NCBI GenBank assembly: GCA_963666055.2
Contig: CAXWPH010000013.1
Location: 1 to 64,000, forward strand
DNA: 64,000 bases
Reading direction: 5' to 3'
Source: Acidobacteriota bacterium
GTDB lineage: Bacteria > Acidobacteriota > UBA890 > WLXD01
Part shown: one piece after another, positions 51,431 through 60,503 of the stretch
How positions within the stretch are numbered: position 1 is the first letter of the stretch
Layout of the letters: each line of letters begins with the position of its first letter
Notes under the pieces: model-generated
The model's database searches: none
The model's input: only the letters and a program-made list of their open reading frames with translations
Told to the model about the DNA's origin: nothing
Program-made: the position numbers and the translations under genes

Positions 51431-52636
51431 TCATTGCGGGATCTCGCTCGTCGAACACAATATGCTGGCCGCTCTGGGACCAATGGGAATGGTCGGAGCC
51501 GGCGCACCGAACTGTGACTCAACCCAGATACACACCAGATCGCGTAACACGTCTCTACCGTTATCGCTGTTCGTCAACATGACGATCGCCCGTCGTCTGT
51601 GTGGGGCGGATACGAATAGCGCTCGCCATCCAAAGTTTGATCCACCGTGGTTTGCGCTCCGCACACCCTCGGCTCCCAGCGGGCCGGTCATGTAGCCGAG
51701 GCCACTTTGTGCGGTGCCGTCATGGATGGAAACAGGTTGGTACATTGAGGCGATGGTCTCGCGTTCGAGGACGCCGCGCCCCGGGGCGGCCCGGTTCGGA
51801 CCAACCATGCTGGCGGCCACGAATCGGGCCAGATCGGTGACAGTCGTGTAGAGACCGGCACCAGCCGTTCCGGCAAAGCGATAGGTCGGATGTGTCTCGC
51901 CCGACGACCGGTGCGGGGACGCCATCGGGGCGAGTGACTCGTCCCAACCAAATCGGCTACTGGTCATGCCGAGTCGATCGAGAATTTCGCGTTGCATATA
52001 TTCAGCGAACGTGGTGCCCGTTACTTCTTCGACAAGCAGCTGGAGTAGTACGAAACCGCCCCCGGAGTAACGGAATCCCTGTCCCGGCTCTTGAATCTGG
52101 ACAACCGGTGATCCCCCGCTGGCATATACGCTACCCGTGTAGTCGCCCAACAGTTTCTGCTTGAGGGTCGGGAGCGGCGCAGGGACTGCAAATCCCGGAA
52201 TGCTTGGCATCGACAGACCGGCCGTGTGACTCAGGAGACGGCGCACCGTCACTTCATCACTGTCGAACGCCGAATCCGGGAGGCGCCAACGACTGAGGAA
52301 CGCGGCTACCGGCCGGTCGAGATCGAGTTTCCCTTGCTCCACCAGATTCATGACACCCCACGCCGTGACGGTCTTGGAGATCGACCCGGCGTTGAAGATC
52401 GTCTCCGCAGCGATGACGGGATCTTCTGCATCGGCGACTCCGAAGCCTTTCGCCCAAATCGCCGCGCCCTCCTCGACGATCGCAACGGCCGCTCCCACGA
52501 CATTGTGGCGCTCCAGCGCATCCGGTATCGCCGCCACGAGTGTCGCTTGGGTGTCCGGTGGATCCTGCACGAAACCCGAGGCCGTTATCGATTGGGGAGA
52601 CCACACCAACCAGAGACCGATAACGAGCGCACTCAA
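51431..52636 (-). CDS. Serine hydrolase, beta-lactamase class C/PBP-like
   Basis: SISK (SxxK), 'LLSHTAG', 'YSGGG', 'HGGSN'. Confidence 0.9.
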   Translation of the reverse strand: MSALVIGLWLVWSPQSITASGFVQDPPDTQATLVAAIPDALERHNVVGAAVAIVEEGAAIWAKGFGVADAEDPVIAAETIFNAGSISKTVTAWGVMNLVEQGKLDLDRPVAAFLSRWRLPDSAFDSDEVTVRRLLSHTAGLSMPSIPGFAVPAPLPTLKQKLLGDYTGSVYASGGSPVVQIQEPGQGFRYSGGGFVLLQLLVEEVTGTTFAEYMQREILDRLGMTSSRFGWDESLAPMASPHRSSGETHPTYRFAGTAGAGLYTTVTDLARFVAASMVGPNRAAPGRGVLERETIASMYQPVSIHDGTAQSGLGYMTGPLGAEGVRSANHGGSNFGWRALFVSAPHRRRAIVMLTNSDNGRDVLRDLVCIWVESQFGAPAPTIPIGPRAASILCSTSEIPQ

Positions 52637-52702
52637 TCAAAAGACTCCGTATGAACGAGAAACGGGGTTGAGTTTTCATCGGCCACGATCGGATCGTCGC
52701 GC

Positions 52703-53353
52703 CTATCCGAGGCCCGCAAGGGTTTGCCCTAAACGGATCACCGGCAAGATGAACACCCGTAAGGCGCCGAGCCATATCAGCGCGATCAGGATGAAGAAGC
52801 CGTATGGCTGTATGGAGCGGTAGAACCGCGCCACCGAGCCGGACAGCGTCGCCGAGAGGATCCACGAGCCGTCCAGCGGCGGAATCGGGATCATGTTGAA
52901 GGCGGCCAGCAGCAAATTGATCAGCAAGGAAGCCACCAGCAACTGCAGGACTGGCAGAAACACGCTTGCTGAGACAAGGCCGACGAGCACTTCCTGGTTG
53001 GCACGCATCAAACGTATCAAGAACACGCAAATCACCGCTAAGAGCACGTTGCTCAGCGGCCCCGCGGCGGCAATCCAGGCGTGATCTCGCTTCGGACGGA
53101 GCAGGTTGGCCGTATTGACCGGCACCGGCTTCGCAGCACCGAACGGTGGCAGCCCGGCGAAGATCATCATGGCCGGGAACAAGATCGTCATTATCGGATC
53201 GATATGGGCGAGCGGGTTCATGGTCACTCGGCCAAGCATCCGTGCCGTCGGGTCGCCGAGTCGGTCGGCCGACCAGGCGTGCGCCGACTCGTGAAACGAG
53301 ATCGCGAACAGCAGCGCGACGATCTGGGTGACGATGAGGCCGGCTCCCTCCAT
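52703..53353 (-). CDS. Site-2 protease family (M50) membrane metalloprotease
   Basis: HESAH, 'AAAGPLSN', 'NMIPIPPLDG'. Confidence 0.93.
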   Translation of the reverse strand: MEGAGLIVTQIVALLFAISFHESAHAWSADRLGDPTARMLGRVTMNPLAHIDPIMTILFPAMMIFAGLPPFGAAKPVPVNTANLLRPKRDHAWIAAAGPLSNVLLAVICVFLIRLMRANQEVLVGLVSASVFLPVLQLLVASLLINLLLAAFNMIPIPPLDGSWILSATLSGSVARFYRSIQPYGFFILIALIWLGALRVFILPVIRLGQTLAGLG

Positions 53354-53362
53354 AGTGTGATG

Positions 53363-53515
53363 CTATCCCGCCGGTCTGGTCGGTGCTAGAACGTCGCGGA
53401 TCGACCCGGCGAGGTTGATGCCGACGACCTCGGCCAATTCCGCCTCTGAGGCCCGGCGCACCCCGGCAAGGGACCCGAACCTACGAAGCAAAGCGCGTTG
53501 GCGCTTCGGTCCGAG
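53363..53515 (-). pseudogene. uvrC: UvrC C-terminal helix-hairpin-helix fragment
   Basis: [32 protein letters not shown]..., read in a frame not in the ORF track. Confidence 0.75.
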
Positions 53516-53760
53516 TCGAACCAGTTGATGACCAGCGTCACCGTGCCACTGCTGATCTGGCGTTGGTTAGTGTCAGGGAACATCACGAAACGCTGACCGT
53601 CGGCAGCAACGTCGGCGTCAGAGGCAAACTCGGCAGGCAGCACCTTGATGGCGACATCACGATCCAGCGTCGTATCGCGTGCTCGGTACACCTGCCCCAT
53701 GCCGCCTTCACCGAGCGGGGCGAGGATCTCGTAGTGGCCTAGTTTGGTGCCGGGTTCCAT
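53516..53760 (-). pseudogene. 'Empty' kinase gene: first ~48 codons joined in frame to the last ~33 codons
   Basis: MEPGTKLG...VLPAEFASD|[15 protein letters not shown]...VTLVINWFD. Confidence 0.9.
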
Positions 53761-54041
53761 GGCGCTCCCGAAGCATGGTGGCTGAGCGCATGAAGCGTAT
53801 CGTCAGGCCATGCGAAGGTCCACGGGGCGCGAAGCCACCCGCTATACGTCAGTCCGCACATCAGAGATGCTCCGTCGGATCCACGGCGGAGAGCGTCTGG
53901 GAGTTGTCCCGCAGCGAATCCCTTGAGGAGCCCAACGATCGGTGGTTGTATCCAGGCGTCCCGATACTGACCAAGCCAAGAGCCTGACTCGACCAGGGTT
54001 ATCTCGGAAATCCCGGGAGGTAGACCGTGGCTGGAGGATCG

Positions 54042-55841
54042 ATGACGGAAACCAGGCCCGGGCTGTGGATCCTTTTGCTGGCGAGCCTGAGCGTATCGGC
54101 TTGTCAGCCGTCAACGCAGGACGCGTCGCCAGGCGATGCTGCCAGCCCTGCCGATTTGGTGCTGCAGGGCGGTAAGTTCTTTACCGTCGACGAAGCCCAG
54201 GTCTGGGCTGAAGCCGTCGCGATCAAGGACGGCAGGTTCGTCTACGTAGGCGACAACGCTGGTGCACAGAGCTTCGTTGGCCCCGATACCGATCGCCATG
54301 ACCTCGGCGGCAAGCTGGCAATTCCCGGTCTAGTGGATTCCCATACACACCCAGGTCTGATGGGGCGGGAGACGGCCGGGTTTACCGCGGTCCCCGTGGG
54401 TGGTGGTCCCAGAGGGACGCTGCCCAGGGACGGGAACAAGGAGGAGATCCTCGCTGCGGTGGAGGCGTATGCCCAAGCCAACCTGGACCTTGCCTGGATC
54501 GAGATGGGTAGCTGGTCCGGGGATCTGAACGGCGTCGCGGGCCCACATAGGAGAGATTTGGATCGCGTCGTACCGGATCGACCAGTGATGTTAGGAAGCG
54601 TCCATAGCCTTTGGGTCAATTCCGTGGCGCTTGAGATGATGGGGGTCGACAGCACCACACCCGATCCGGTACCCGGTCTTGCATACTTCGTACGAGATGC
54701 CGATGGTGAGCCTACCGGCTGGATCAAGGAATATGCCATCTGGCCCTATGCGCAGCACCTTACTGACGTTGACCTGGAGTCCAACAAGGAGGGTATTGTC
54801 ACCTTCTTGGAGTACCTGTCACGCCACGGCGTTACCTCACTCTTTGACGCTGGCAACTTCAACTACCACGATCTCACGTACTCGTTCCTGGCTGAGCTAG
54901 AGGCGGCCGGTCGTCTGCCGGTTCGCTACGAGGGCAGCTATCACATCTTCTTGCCCGATCATGTGCCCGATGCGATCGATGAGCTACAGCGGCTGCGCCG
55001 CACCTACGGCAGCGAACGTCTACGGTTCAATACCATCATGATTCACTTGGACGGCACCAATGAGATTCGTACCGGCGCGGTGCTCGAGCCGTACAGCGAT
55101 GACCCGGGCAACCGGGGCACGACCCTGCTCGACACCGAGGAACTGCGTGACTTCATCGTGCAGCTTCACGAAGCCAGGATCGATCTGCACATGCACATCG
55201 TGGGCGACCGGGGCGTGCGCATCGCACTGGATGCGGTGGAAGCAGCGCGCAGGTCGGTCGACGGCGAACTGTATCCACGCGTCACCCTGTGTGAGCTGGA
55301 CATCATCGATACGGCTGACTACCCCCGTTTCAAACAGCTGGGTGTCATTGCCAACTACACGCCCCAGTGGCACGGCCTGGGAAACCGACTGCCGTTGACC
55401 GCCGGTACCCTTGGCCCCCGCTTCGAAAGAATGTTGCTGGTGCAACCGTTACTGGATGACGGCGCGGTGGTGGCCTTCTCCAGCGGCGTGACATCGTTCA
55501 GGGCAATGGAGCGGGCCAACCCTTACCTGGGGATGCAGATCGGCCACAACCGCCAATACCATCAACAAGGTGAGGCTGCGCCGATAAGGCTGCCGATGAG
55601 CGAACGCCTGGACCTGGAGGATCTGGTCCAGGGATATACCTTGAGCGGCGCCTATCAGTTGCGTATGGAGGAGCAGCTTGGCTCAATCGAGGTAGGCAAG
55701 CTCGCCGACCTGGTCGTGTTGGATCGCAACCTGTTCGAAATCGATCGCTACGAGATCCACGAGGTTCGACCCGAAGCGGTCATCATGGACGGCGAGATCA
55801 TCAGGGGAAGCTTAGACGGTGGCGCGGAGATGAGGCCATAG
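54042..55841 (+). CDS. Amidohydrolase 3 (YtcJ-like) lipoprotein
   Basis: Lipobox VSAC, 'PGLVDSHTHP', 'GSIEVGKLADLVVL'. Confidence 0.85.
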   Translation: MTETRPGLWILLLASLSVSACQPSTQDASPGDAASPADLVLQGGKFFTVDEAQVWAEAVAIKDGRFVYVGDNAGAQSFVGPDTDRHDLGGKLAIPGLVDSHTHPGLMGRETAGFTAVPVGGGPRGTLPRDGNKEEILAAVEAYAQANLDLAWIEMGSWSGDLNGVAGPHRRDLDRVVPDRPVMLGSVHSLWVNSVALEMMGVDSTTPDPVPGLAYFVRDADGEPTGWIKEYAIWPYAQHLTDVDLESNKEGIVTFLEYLSRHGVTSLFDAGNFNYHDLTYSFLAELEAAGRLPVRYEGSYHIFLPDHVPDAIDELQRLRRTYGSERLRFNTIMIHLDGTNEIRTGAVLEPYSDDPGNRGTTLLDTEELRDFIVQLHEARIDLHMHIVGDRGVRIALDAVEAARRSVDGELYPRVTLCELDIIDTADYPRFKQLGVIANYTPQWHGLGNRLPLTAGTLGPRFERMLLVQPLLDDGAVVAFSSGVTSFRAMERANPYLGMQIGHNRQYHQQGEAAPIRLPMSERLDLEDLVQGYTLSGAYQLRMEEQLGSIEVGKLADLVVLDRNLFEIDRYEIHEVRPEAVIMDGEIIRGSLDGGAEMRP

Positions 55842-55929
55842 CGGCAGCTGCGGCTTCGTGCGCGCGTGGGCACAGTTCGGAACGTCACACTAGTCGGGTG
55901 ACGCTCCTGCGCGACGATAGCCAACGGCG

Positions 55930-56070
55930 CTACGGGTCCGTCGGCACGAGCCGCTTCAGCTCGTCGAACCAGTTGGTGACCAGCGTCACCATGCCCGTCT
56001 GGGTGTCCTGGCCGGGGTCGGGGAACATCACGAACCGCTGACCGTCACCCGTCACGTCGTAGTCTGACGC
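55930..56070 (-). repeat. Orphan kinase 3' tail, long form ([18 protein letters not shown]...[14 protein letters not shown])
   Basis: Closely matches the 3' end of the type B gene at 45837. Confidence 0.9.
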
Positions 56071-56086
56071 GTTCAGACCGGCGACT

Positions 56087-57227
56087 TCACCTCGGCTCCC
56101 CCCCCCCCGCTTCGGCGGTCTCACGTTCCTGCGCCCGCGCCCCGAGAAGCACATTGGACAGCGCGTAGTTGGCTTCGTGGCAGGCGTATTCGTATACCAG
56201 ATCAGGCAGTGCCTTGAACGGCACCTGAGCAGTCCATGGCCTCGAGTAGAAGGCGGGATCGTCGATGGTGAACTCGTAGTTGATGGTGTGCTCATCGACG
56301 CGCGTGAGGCGTTCGGTCACCTTGAAATCTTCCGACCCGCCAGCAAAGTTAGTGTTTCCGTTGAGCTGCTGGCGCGGCAGATTTGTCGTCTCCACCACCA
56401 GCGTATCTCCTTCCCAACGGCCCCACGAGTCGCCCAACCACGGACGGATGTGCGCTGGCAGCGGCGTAGGCTCGCCCAACTTGATGATGCGAGCGTCGTG
56501 CACCATTTCGGTCATGACCATCACGTGATCGGCGGTCTGAACGATGGTGTAGTTGTTGTTGTAGAAGTAGTTGGGGATCATCGGCGGGCCGGCGTTGGAG
56601 CCGAACGAAAGTAAGCAGCGCAAGGCAAGCGAGAGATTCTCCGGATTGTCGTAATTCGCCAAACTGGGCCCGCTGTTGCGCCAGCTCGCTGCGCGCCTTT
56701 TCTCCCTCGGGGCTCAACGGTGGGATACGCCCGTCCGGCGGGTCCACCACCAACGAGCTGCGTGGCTCGCCGTTCCAGATCGCCACCCGATCGCCCGGGT
56801 CCAAGTAGAAGATGTTGTAGGCACCGGCTCCCCCGAAGGGCGGATCATAGAGCGCCGAGATCTTATCGTAGAGCGCCGAGGCCTCATTCTCGAGCGAATC
56901 GCCCCAGGGTACCCCCCCCACCGCCGGTGCCTCACGGTCGGGGTCGCTGTCCGCCAAGTGGGTATCGATGAACGTCGCTCGGTCGCCCTCGAGGGCAGCG
57001 ACTTGTTCCGGCGCCATCACACGCTCGTATCCCGGCGGACGCTCGATCCGCGTCATCGTCGCGTTGGTCCAGTTACCCTGCAGATCCGGATGGCCGTCGG
57101 GTGTCCGTGGCAGGACCCAGGCCTCGGTGGCGGCGTCCTGTGTCTGCGTCAGGGCCGGCAACGCCAGGCCAAGCGCCAGCACGGCACAAGCGAGGCCCGC
57201 TAGCGCGCTGCGAGTCGCGATCCTCAT
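56087..57227 (-). CDS. Secreted hypothetical protein ('PRTPDGHPDLQG' family); +1 frameshift near 56655
   Basis: Signal peptide; 'GDSWGRWEGDTLVVET', 'YEYACHE'. Confidence 0.75.
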
Positions 57228-57239
57228 CTGTTTCCCCTA

Positions 57240-57457
57240 TTAACCAATCGGGTTCTTGCGCAGATGCCCGTACAGTAGCTCCTCGACGAACTCCACGCAC
57301 TTGAACTGACCGAGGCGGGCGTCCGGGTCGATATTGCGGTACAACGGCAGGCGGATCGTCCACGGACGCGAGAACGTCTCGGGATCTTCGATAGTGGCCT
57401 CGTACCAGATGTCGTCGGGGCTCGCCATCTCGTACCGCTCGGTTACCGTCATCGCCG
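57240..57457 (-). pseudogene. C-terminal fragment of a paralogous secreted protein
   Basis: 'VTERY...YEATIEDPETFSRPWT' parallels the downstream gene; 5' end replaced by a kinase stub. Confidence 0.7.
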
Positions 57458-57626
57458 CACCTTGATGGCTACCTTGCGGCCCAGGCGCGTGTCCTGCGCC
57501 AGGTACACCTCGCCCATGCCGCCAGCGCCGAGCTGCTCGCTGATCTCGTAGGGGCCTAGTTTGGTGCCGGGGTCCATGGCGCTGCCGATGCGGGGTGGGT
57601 GAGCGCCTGAAGCCTATCGCCAGAGC
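57458..57626 (-). pseudogene. Kinase leader plus 40-codon 5' stub ([15 protein letters not shown]...VAIKV)
   Basis: Near-identical to type A kinase starts; ATG at 57577. Confidence 0.9.
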
Positions 57627-57900
57627 TTGCGAGCGTCCAAGGGAGAGGACAGGGGCCGGGCAGATCGGACCGCGCAGAAAGGGCGAGTAGCCCCAACGGT
57701 CACGATTTCGAACACCACGCGGAGTACGTGGCGCGGTTCGCGCAGGTTGGCTAGGAGCTACGGCTCACTCCAGGTCTCCCGGCCGCGCCTTGAGGCCGAA
57801 GTCGGCTTCAACGCGATCGTACCAGGCGTCGTCATCGAGGGCGCCCCAGTCGGCCCAGGCTGGCTAAGCGCCTGGCCGGCCTGCGGGCGAAGGCTGCCCA

Positions 57901-58113
57901 ATGAGAAGCCAGCTCATCGCCCTAAAGATGGACCTTCTGTCAGGACAGGTCAGCTATCGGTGCAAGTGCAGGCGTATCGTCCGGGTTCACGCCTCGAACC
58001 TATCTACCGGAGCGGTCGACTACTGCGGCTGCGGTCATTTGCGGCTCGACCTCAGTCAGGCTCAGGTCAACGGACACCGACAGATGGCCGGTCTCCCGGA
58101 GCTCGAGGAGTAG
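57901..58113 (+). CDS. Small Cys-rich hypothetical protein
   Basis: CKC...CGC; 4 nt from the next ORF. Confidence 0.45.
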   Translation: MRSQLIALKMDLLSGQVSYRCKCRRIVRVHASNLSTGAVDYCGCGHLRLDLSQAQVNGHRQMAGLPELEE

Positions 58114-58117
58114 GCCC

Positions 58118-58486
58118 ATGAATACGCTCGAGATCATCGACGGCGACACCCTCGTCGTTCGAGACGAGGACGGGGCCGAGCTCGGCCGGATTCAACGACA
58201 CGAAGCGGTTACGGTGCGCGACGCTGACGGGAACGTGCTCACCAGGGCGGACGTCACTGCGTTCGCGCCCGGCCACCCCGCCCCACGCGGCGAGAATCGC
58301 GAGTCCGTAGCGATCACCCTGTGGCCACGGACCCGGCAAGCCGCCAACCTGATAGACTCGCTGCTCCAGAACAACGCCGTGCTGCTCATCCAGATCGAGA
58401 CGGCCGACGGGTTCGTGCTTGACCTGGGGGTACGCGCTGGGGGCCTGAGGGCTACGCGTGGCTGGTTCGCCGCTACCGTCTGGTGA
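58118..58486 (+). CDS. Hypothetical protein
   Basis: GAGGAG RBS; plausible codon usage. Confidence 0.55.
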   Translation: MNTLEIIDGDTLVVRDEDGAELGRIQRHEAVTVRDADGNVLTRADVTAFAPGHPAPRGENRESVAITLWPRTRQAANLIDSLLQNNAVLLIQIETADGFVLDLGVRAGGLRATRGWFAATVW

Positions 58487-58549
58487 GGGGCGCATGAGCG
58501 ACGAGGAGCGCATCGGCATCCAGTGGGGAAGTTTTTCTCTGCCACCATT

Positions 58550-58625
58550 AATCGCCCGGCTGCACGCTCTCACGTGGTGAGAGCCGACCTATTCCGCTAG
58601 GCTGAGCGAAGCCCTGGCGGCAGGC
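58550..58625 (+). repeat. Hairpin/promoter repeat, copy 1 of 3
   Basis: AATCGCCCGGC..CGCTCTCACGTGGTGAGAGCCGACCTATTCCGCTAGGCTGAGC. Confidence 0.9.
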
Positions 58626-58632
58626 GAATCCT

Positions 58633-59283
58633 ATGCAGAACCAGCTGACGGAAGTAGCGACGAGTGAGCTACAACGCCACGTAGAGCGCCTACACGACTG
58701 CGCAGCGACCTGCAGCGCCGCAGTTGAGGTCCATGATCGCTTCGGTAGCGAGACGTTATGGCATGGCGTCGTCCACGTCTTCGACCTCACATACCATCCC
58801 ACGGCTGACCTTTGCTACGCCTGGTCGTCACCCGTGGCCGGATCTCGGAAGCGGCGTTTCTACGCGGTTCTACACACCGAGCAGGTGGACTCGCCTGCGA
58901 AAGCGGTTCGGGCTGCGATTGTCAAAGACTTCAAGAGAGAGAGTCAGAACCCTTCCGGAATGGGCTTCGTCGACGGACGGCACTACTCGGCCTACGTGGT
59001 GGAGGTTCGTCGCCTCAAGCGGGTGGGCGACCTCGATGGCGCGAAGGAGCTTCTCCTGCGCCTGGTGGACGCCTCAGAGGCCGAGGCCGAGGGCGGAGGT
59101 TGGGGGGTTGATCCGTGGTACTGCGAGCAGCTGGCCATCATCTACCAGAAGAAGAAGCAGCCAGCCGACGAGCTCGCGATCCTCGAGCGGTACGAACGAC
59201 AAGCGAAGGCCCCGGGGATGGTTTCAGAGAGGCTGGCTAGGCGCCTAGCAGAGCTGCGCGCCAAGGCCCGAAAGAGCGAATGA
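58633..59283 (+). CDS. Two-domain hypothetical protein with C-terminal TPR-like domain
   Basis: C-terminal half near-identical to 59773-60153. Confidence 0.65.
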   Translation: MQNQLTEVATSELQRHVERLHDCAATCSAAVEVHDRFGSETLWHGVVHVFDLTYHPTADLCYAWSSPVAGSRKRRFYAVLHTEQVDSPAKAVRAAIVKDFKRESQNPSGMGFVDGRHYSAYVVEVRRLKRVGDLDGAKELLLRLVDASEAEAEGGGWGVDPWYCEQLAIIYQKKKQPADELAILERYERQAKAPGMVSERLARRLAELRAKARKSE

Positions 59284-59407
59284 CCCCGACCACTTACCGA
59301 ATCCTCTACCCGGGAGCACGAATAGCCACGTGACCGACGACGAAGGGGACCAAAAGCAAGAGCGCCCCCCGAACACGAACGACTCTTCTTGCGGTCGTTC
59401 GTCTGTG

Positions 59408-59548
59408 TCAGCGCTGACGCCGCGACCCGCCGCTGTGCCTTTGTACTCTTCGGTCGACGCTCCGCGGTGCCTTCGTGTTCTTCGGATCGCGCAAGACCCT
59501 GCCGGCTTTCGGCGCCACCTTCCTCGATGTTCTCTTGTTCTTCGCCAA
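59408..59548 (-). pseudogene. Tiny basic protein (MAKNKRTSRKVA...VAASALTQ) disrupted by internal duplication
   Basis: GGGAGG plus TTG start; the DPKxTKA.R.V unit occurs twice, out of frame. Confidence 0.5.
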
Positions 59549-59641
59549 CTTGCCTCCCGTCGTCTTGCATGCGCGGAATGCCCCTCCCGATTCTACCAGT
59601 CGGCTCCGAAACCCTTCGGAAGAGCGGTCGCGACGCCCCCC

Positions 59642-59703
59642 CCCTCGCAAATCGCCCGGCCGCTCTCCCGTGGTGAGAGCCGATCTATTCCGCTAGGCTG
59701 AGC
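59642..59703 (+). repeat. Hairpin/promoter repeat, copy 2 of 3
   Basis: CCCTCGCAAATCGCCCGGCCGCTCTCCCGTGGTGAGAGCCGATCTATTCCGCTAGGCTGAGC. Confidence 0.9.
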
Positions 59704-59772
59704 AGCCTTTACGGAGATCCGCCCCTTCCGGAACCCGCGACCGGCGATCTGTATGGCCAGGACTGATTGACC

Positions 59773-60153
59773 ATGACCCCGACCACCTACCGAGTTCGCC
59801 ACGGATCCACCAACAAGGAACTCGACGTCAAGCCGAGCTTCGTCGCTGGCGGGCACTACTCGGCCTACGCGGAGGTTCGTCACCTCAAGCGGATGGGCGA
59901 CCTCGATGGCGCCAAGGAGCTTCTCCTGCGCCTGGTGGACGCCACAGAGGGCGAGGCCGCCGCCGAGGGCGAAGGCTGCGGGGTTGATCCGTGGTACTAC
60001 GAGCAGCTTGCAATGATCTACCGGAAGAAGAAGCAGTCAGCCGATGAGCTCGCGATCCTCGAGCGGTACGAACGACAAGCGAAGGTCCCTGGGGCCGTTC
60101 CAGAGAGGCTGGCTAATCGCCTGGCCGGCCTGCGACCCAAGGCGGACGAGTGA
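59773..60153 (+). CDS. TPR-like hypothetical protein, paralog of the 58633-59283 C-terminus
   Basis: 'HYSAY.EVR.LKR.GDLDGAKELLLRLVDA...DPWY.EQLA.IY.KKKQ'. Confidence 0.65.
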   Translation: MTPTTYRVRHGSTNKELDVKPSFVAGGHYSAYAEVRHLKRMGDLDGAKELLLRLVDATEGEAAAEGEGCGVDPWYYEQLAMIYRKKKQSADELAILERYERQAKVPGAVPERLANRLAGLRPKADE

Positions 60154-60503
60154 GAGGCCGCAGCAGCGCCACCCCCCGCCCACTCGCCTACCCCCGCTGC
60201 CAGTTCGGCAACTACCTCGGCGAGTTGATCGACGCGCACCCTACCTCGAGGCCCACGCTAGCCAAGCGAATCGGCGTGTCTCCGGGGAACCTCAGCAACT
60301 ACCGCCACGGGCGCTACCTCCCGCCGGACCGCAAGGCTATCGGTGTGATCGCTCGAGTCCTGGCGCCGAGCAGGGCAAAGCAGGTGGAGATCCGAGCCGA
60401 GCTCACGCGCCGCTGTATCGCCGACCTGCTTGATGCGCACCTGCGCGCGGGCGGTGTGTCGCTGGATGAGGCGCGGTTGGCGATTCACGATCTGGGGGAG
60501 TGA
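60150..60503 (+). CDS. XRE-family HTH protein
   Basis: 'SRPTLAKRIGVSPGNLSNYRHGRYLP'. Confidence 0.75.
   Translation: MRGRSSATPRPLAYPRCQFGNYLGELIDAHPTSRPTLAKRIGVSPGNLSNYRHGRYLPPDRKAIGVIARVLAPSRAKQVEIRAELTRRCIADLLDAHLRAGGVSLDEARLAIHDLGE

Noticed and set aside
43013-52636. Antibiotic resistance genes (Vgb-like lyase, beta-lactamase-like hydrolase)
   Set aside because: Only fold-level motifs are seen, and both families are mostly non-resistance enzymes.
24019-57626. Diversity-generating retroelement acting on the kinase tails
   Set aside because: There is no reverse transcriptase in the window, and differences between copies do not look adenine-specific.
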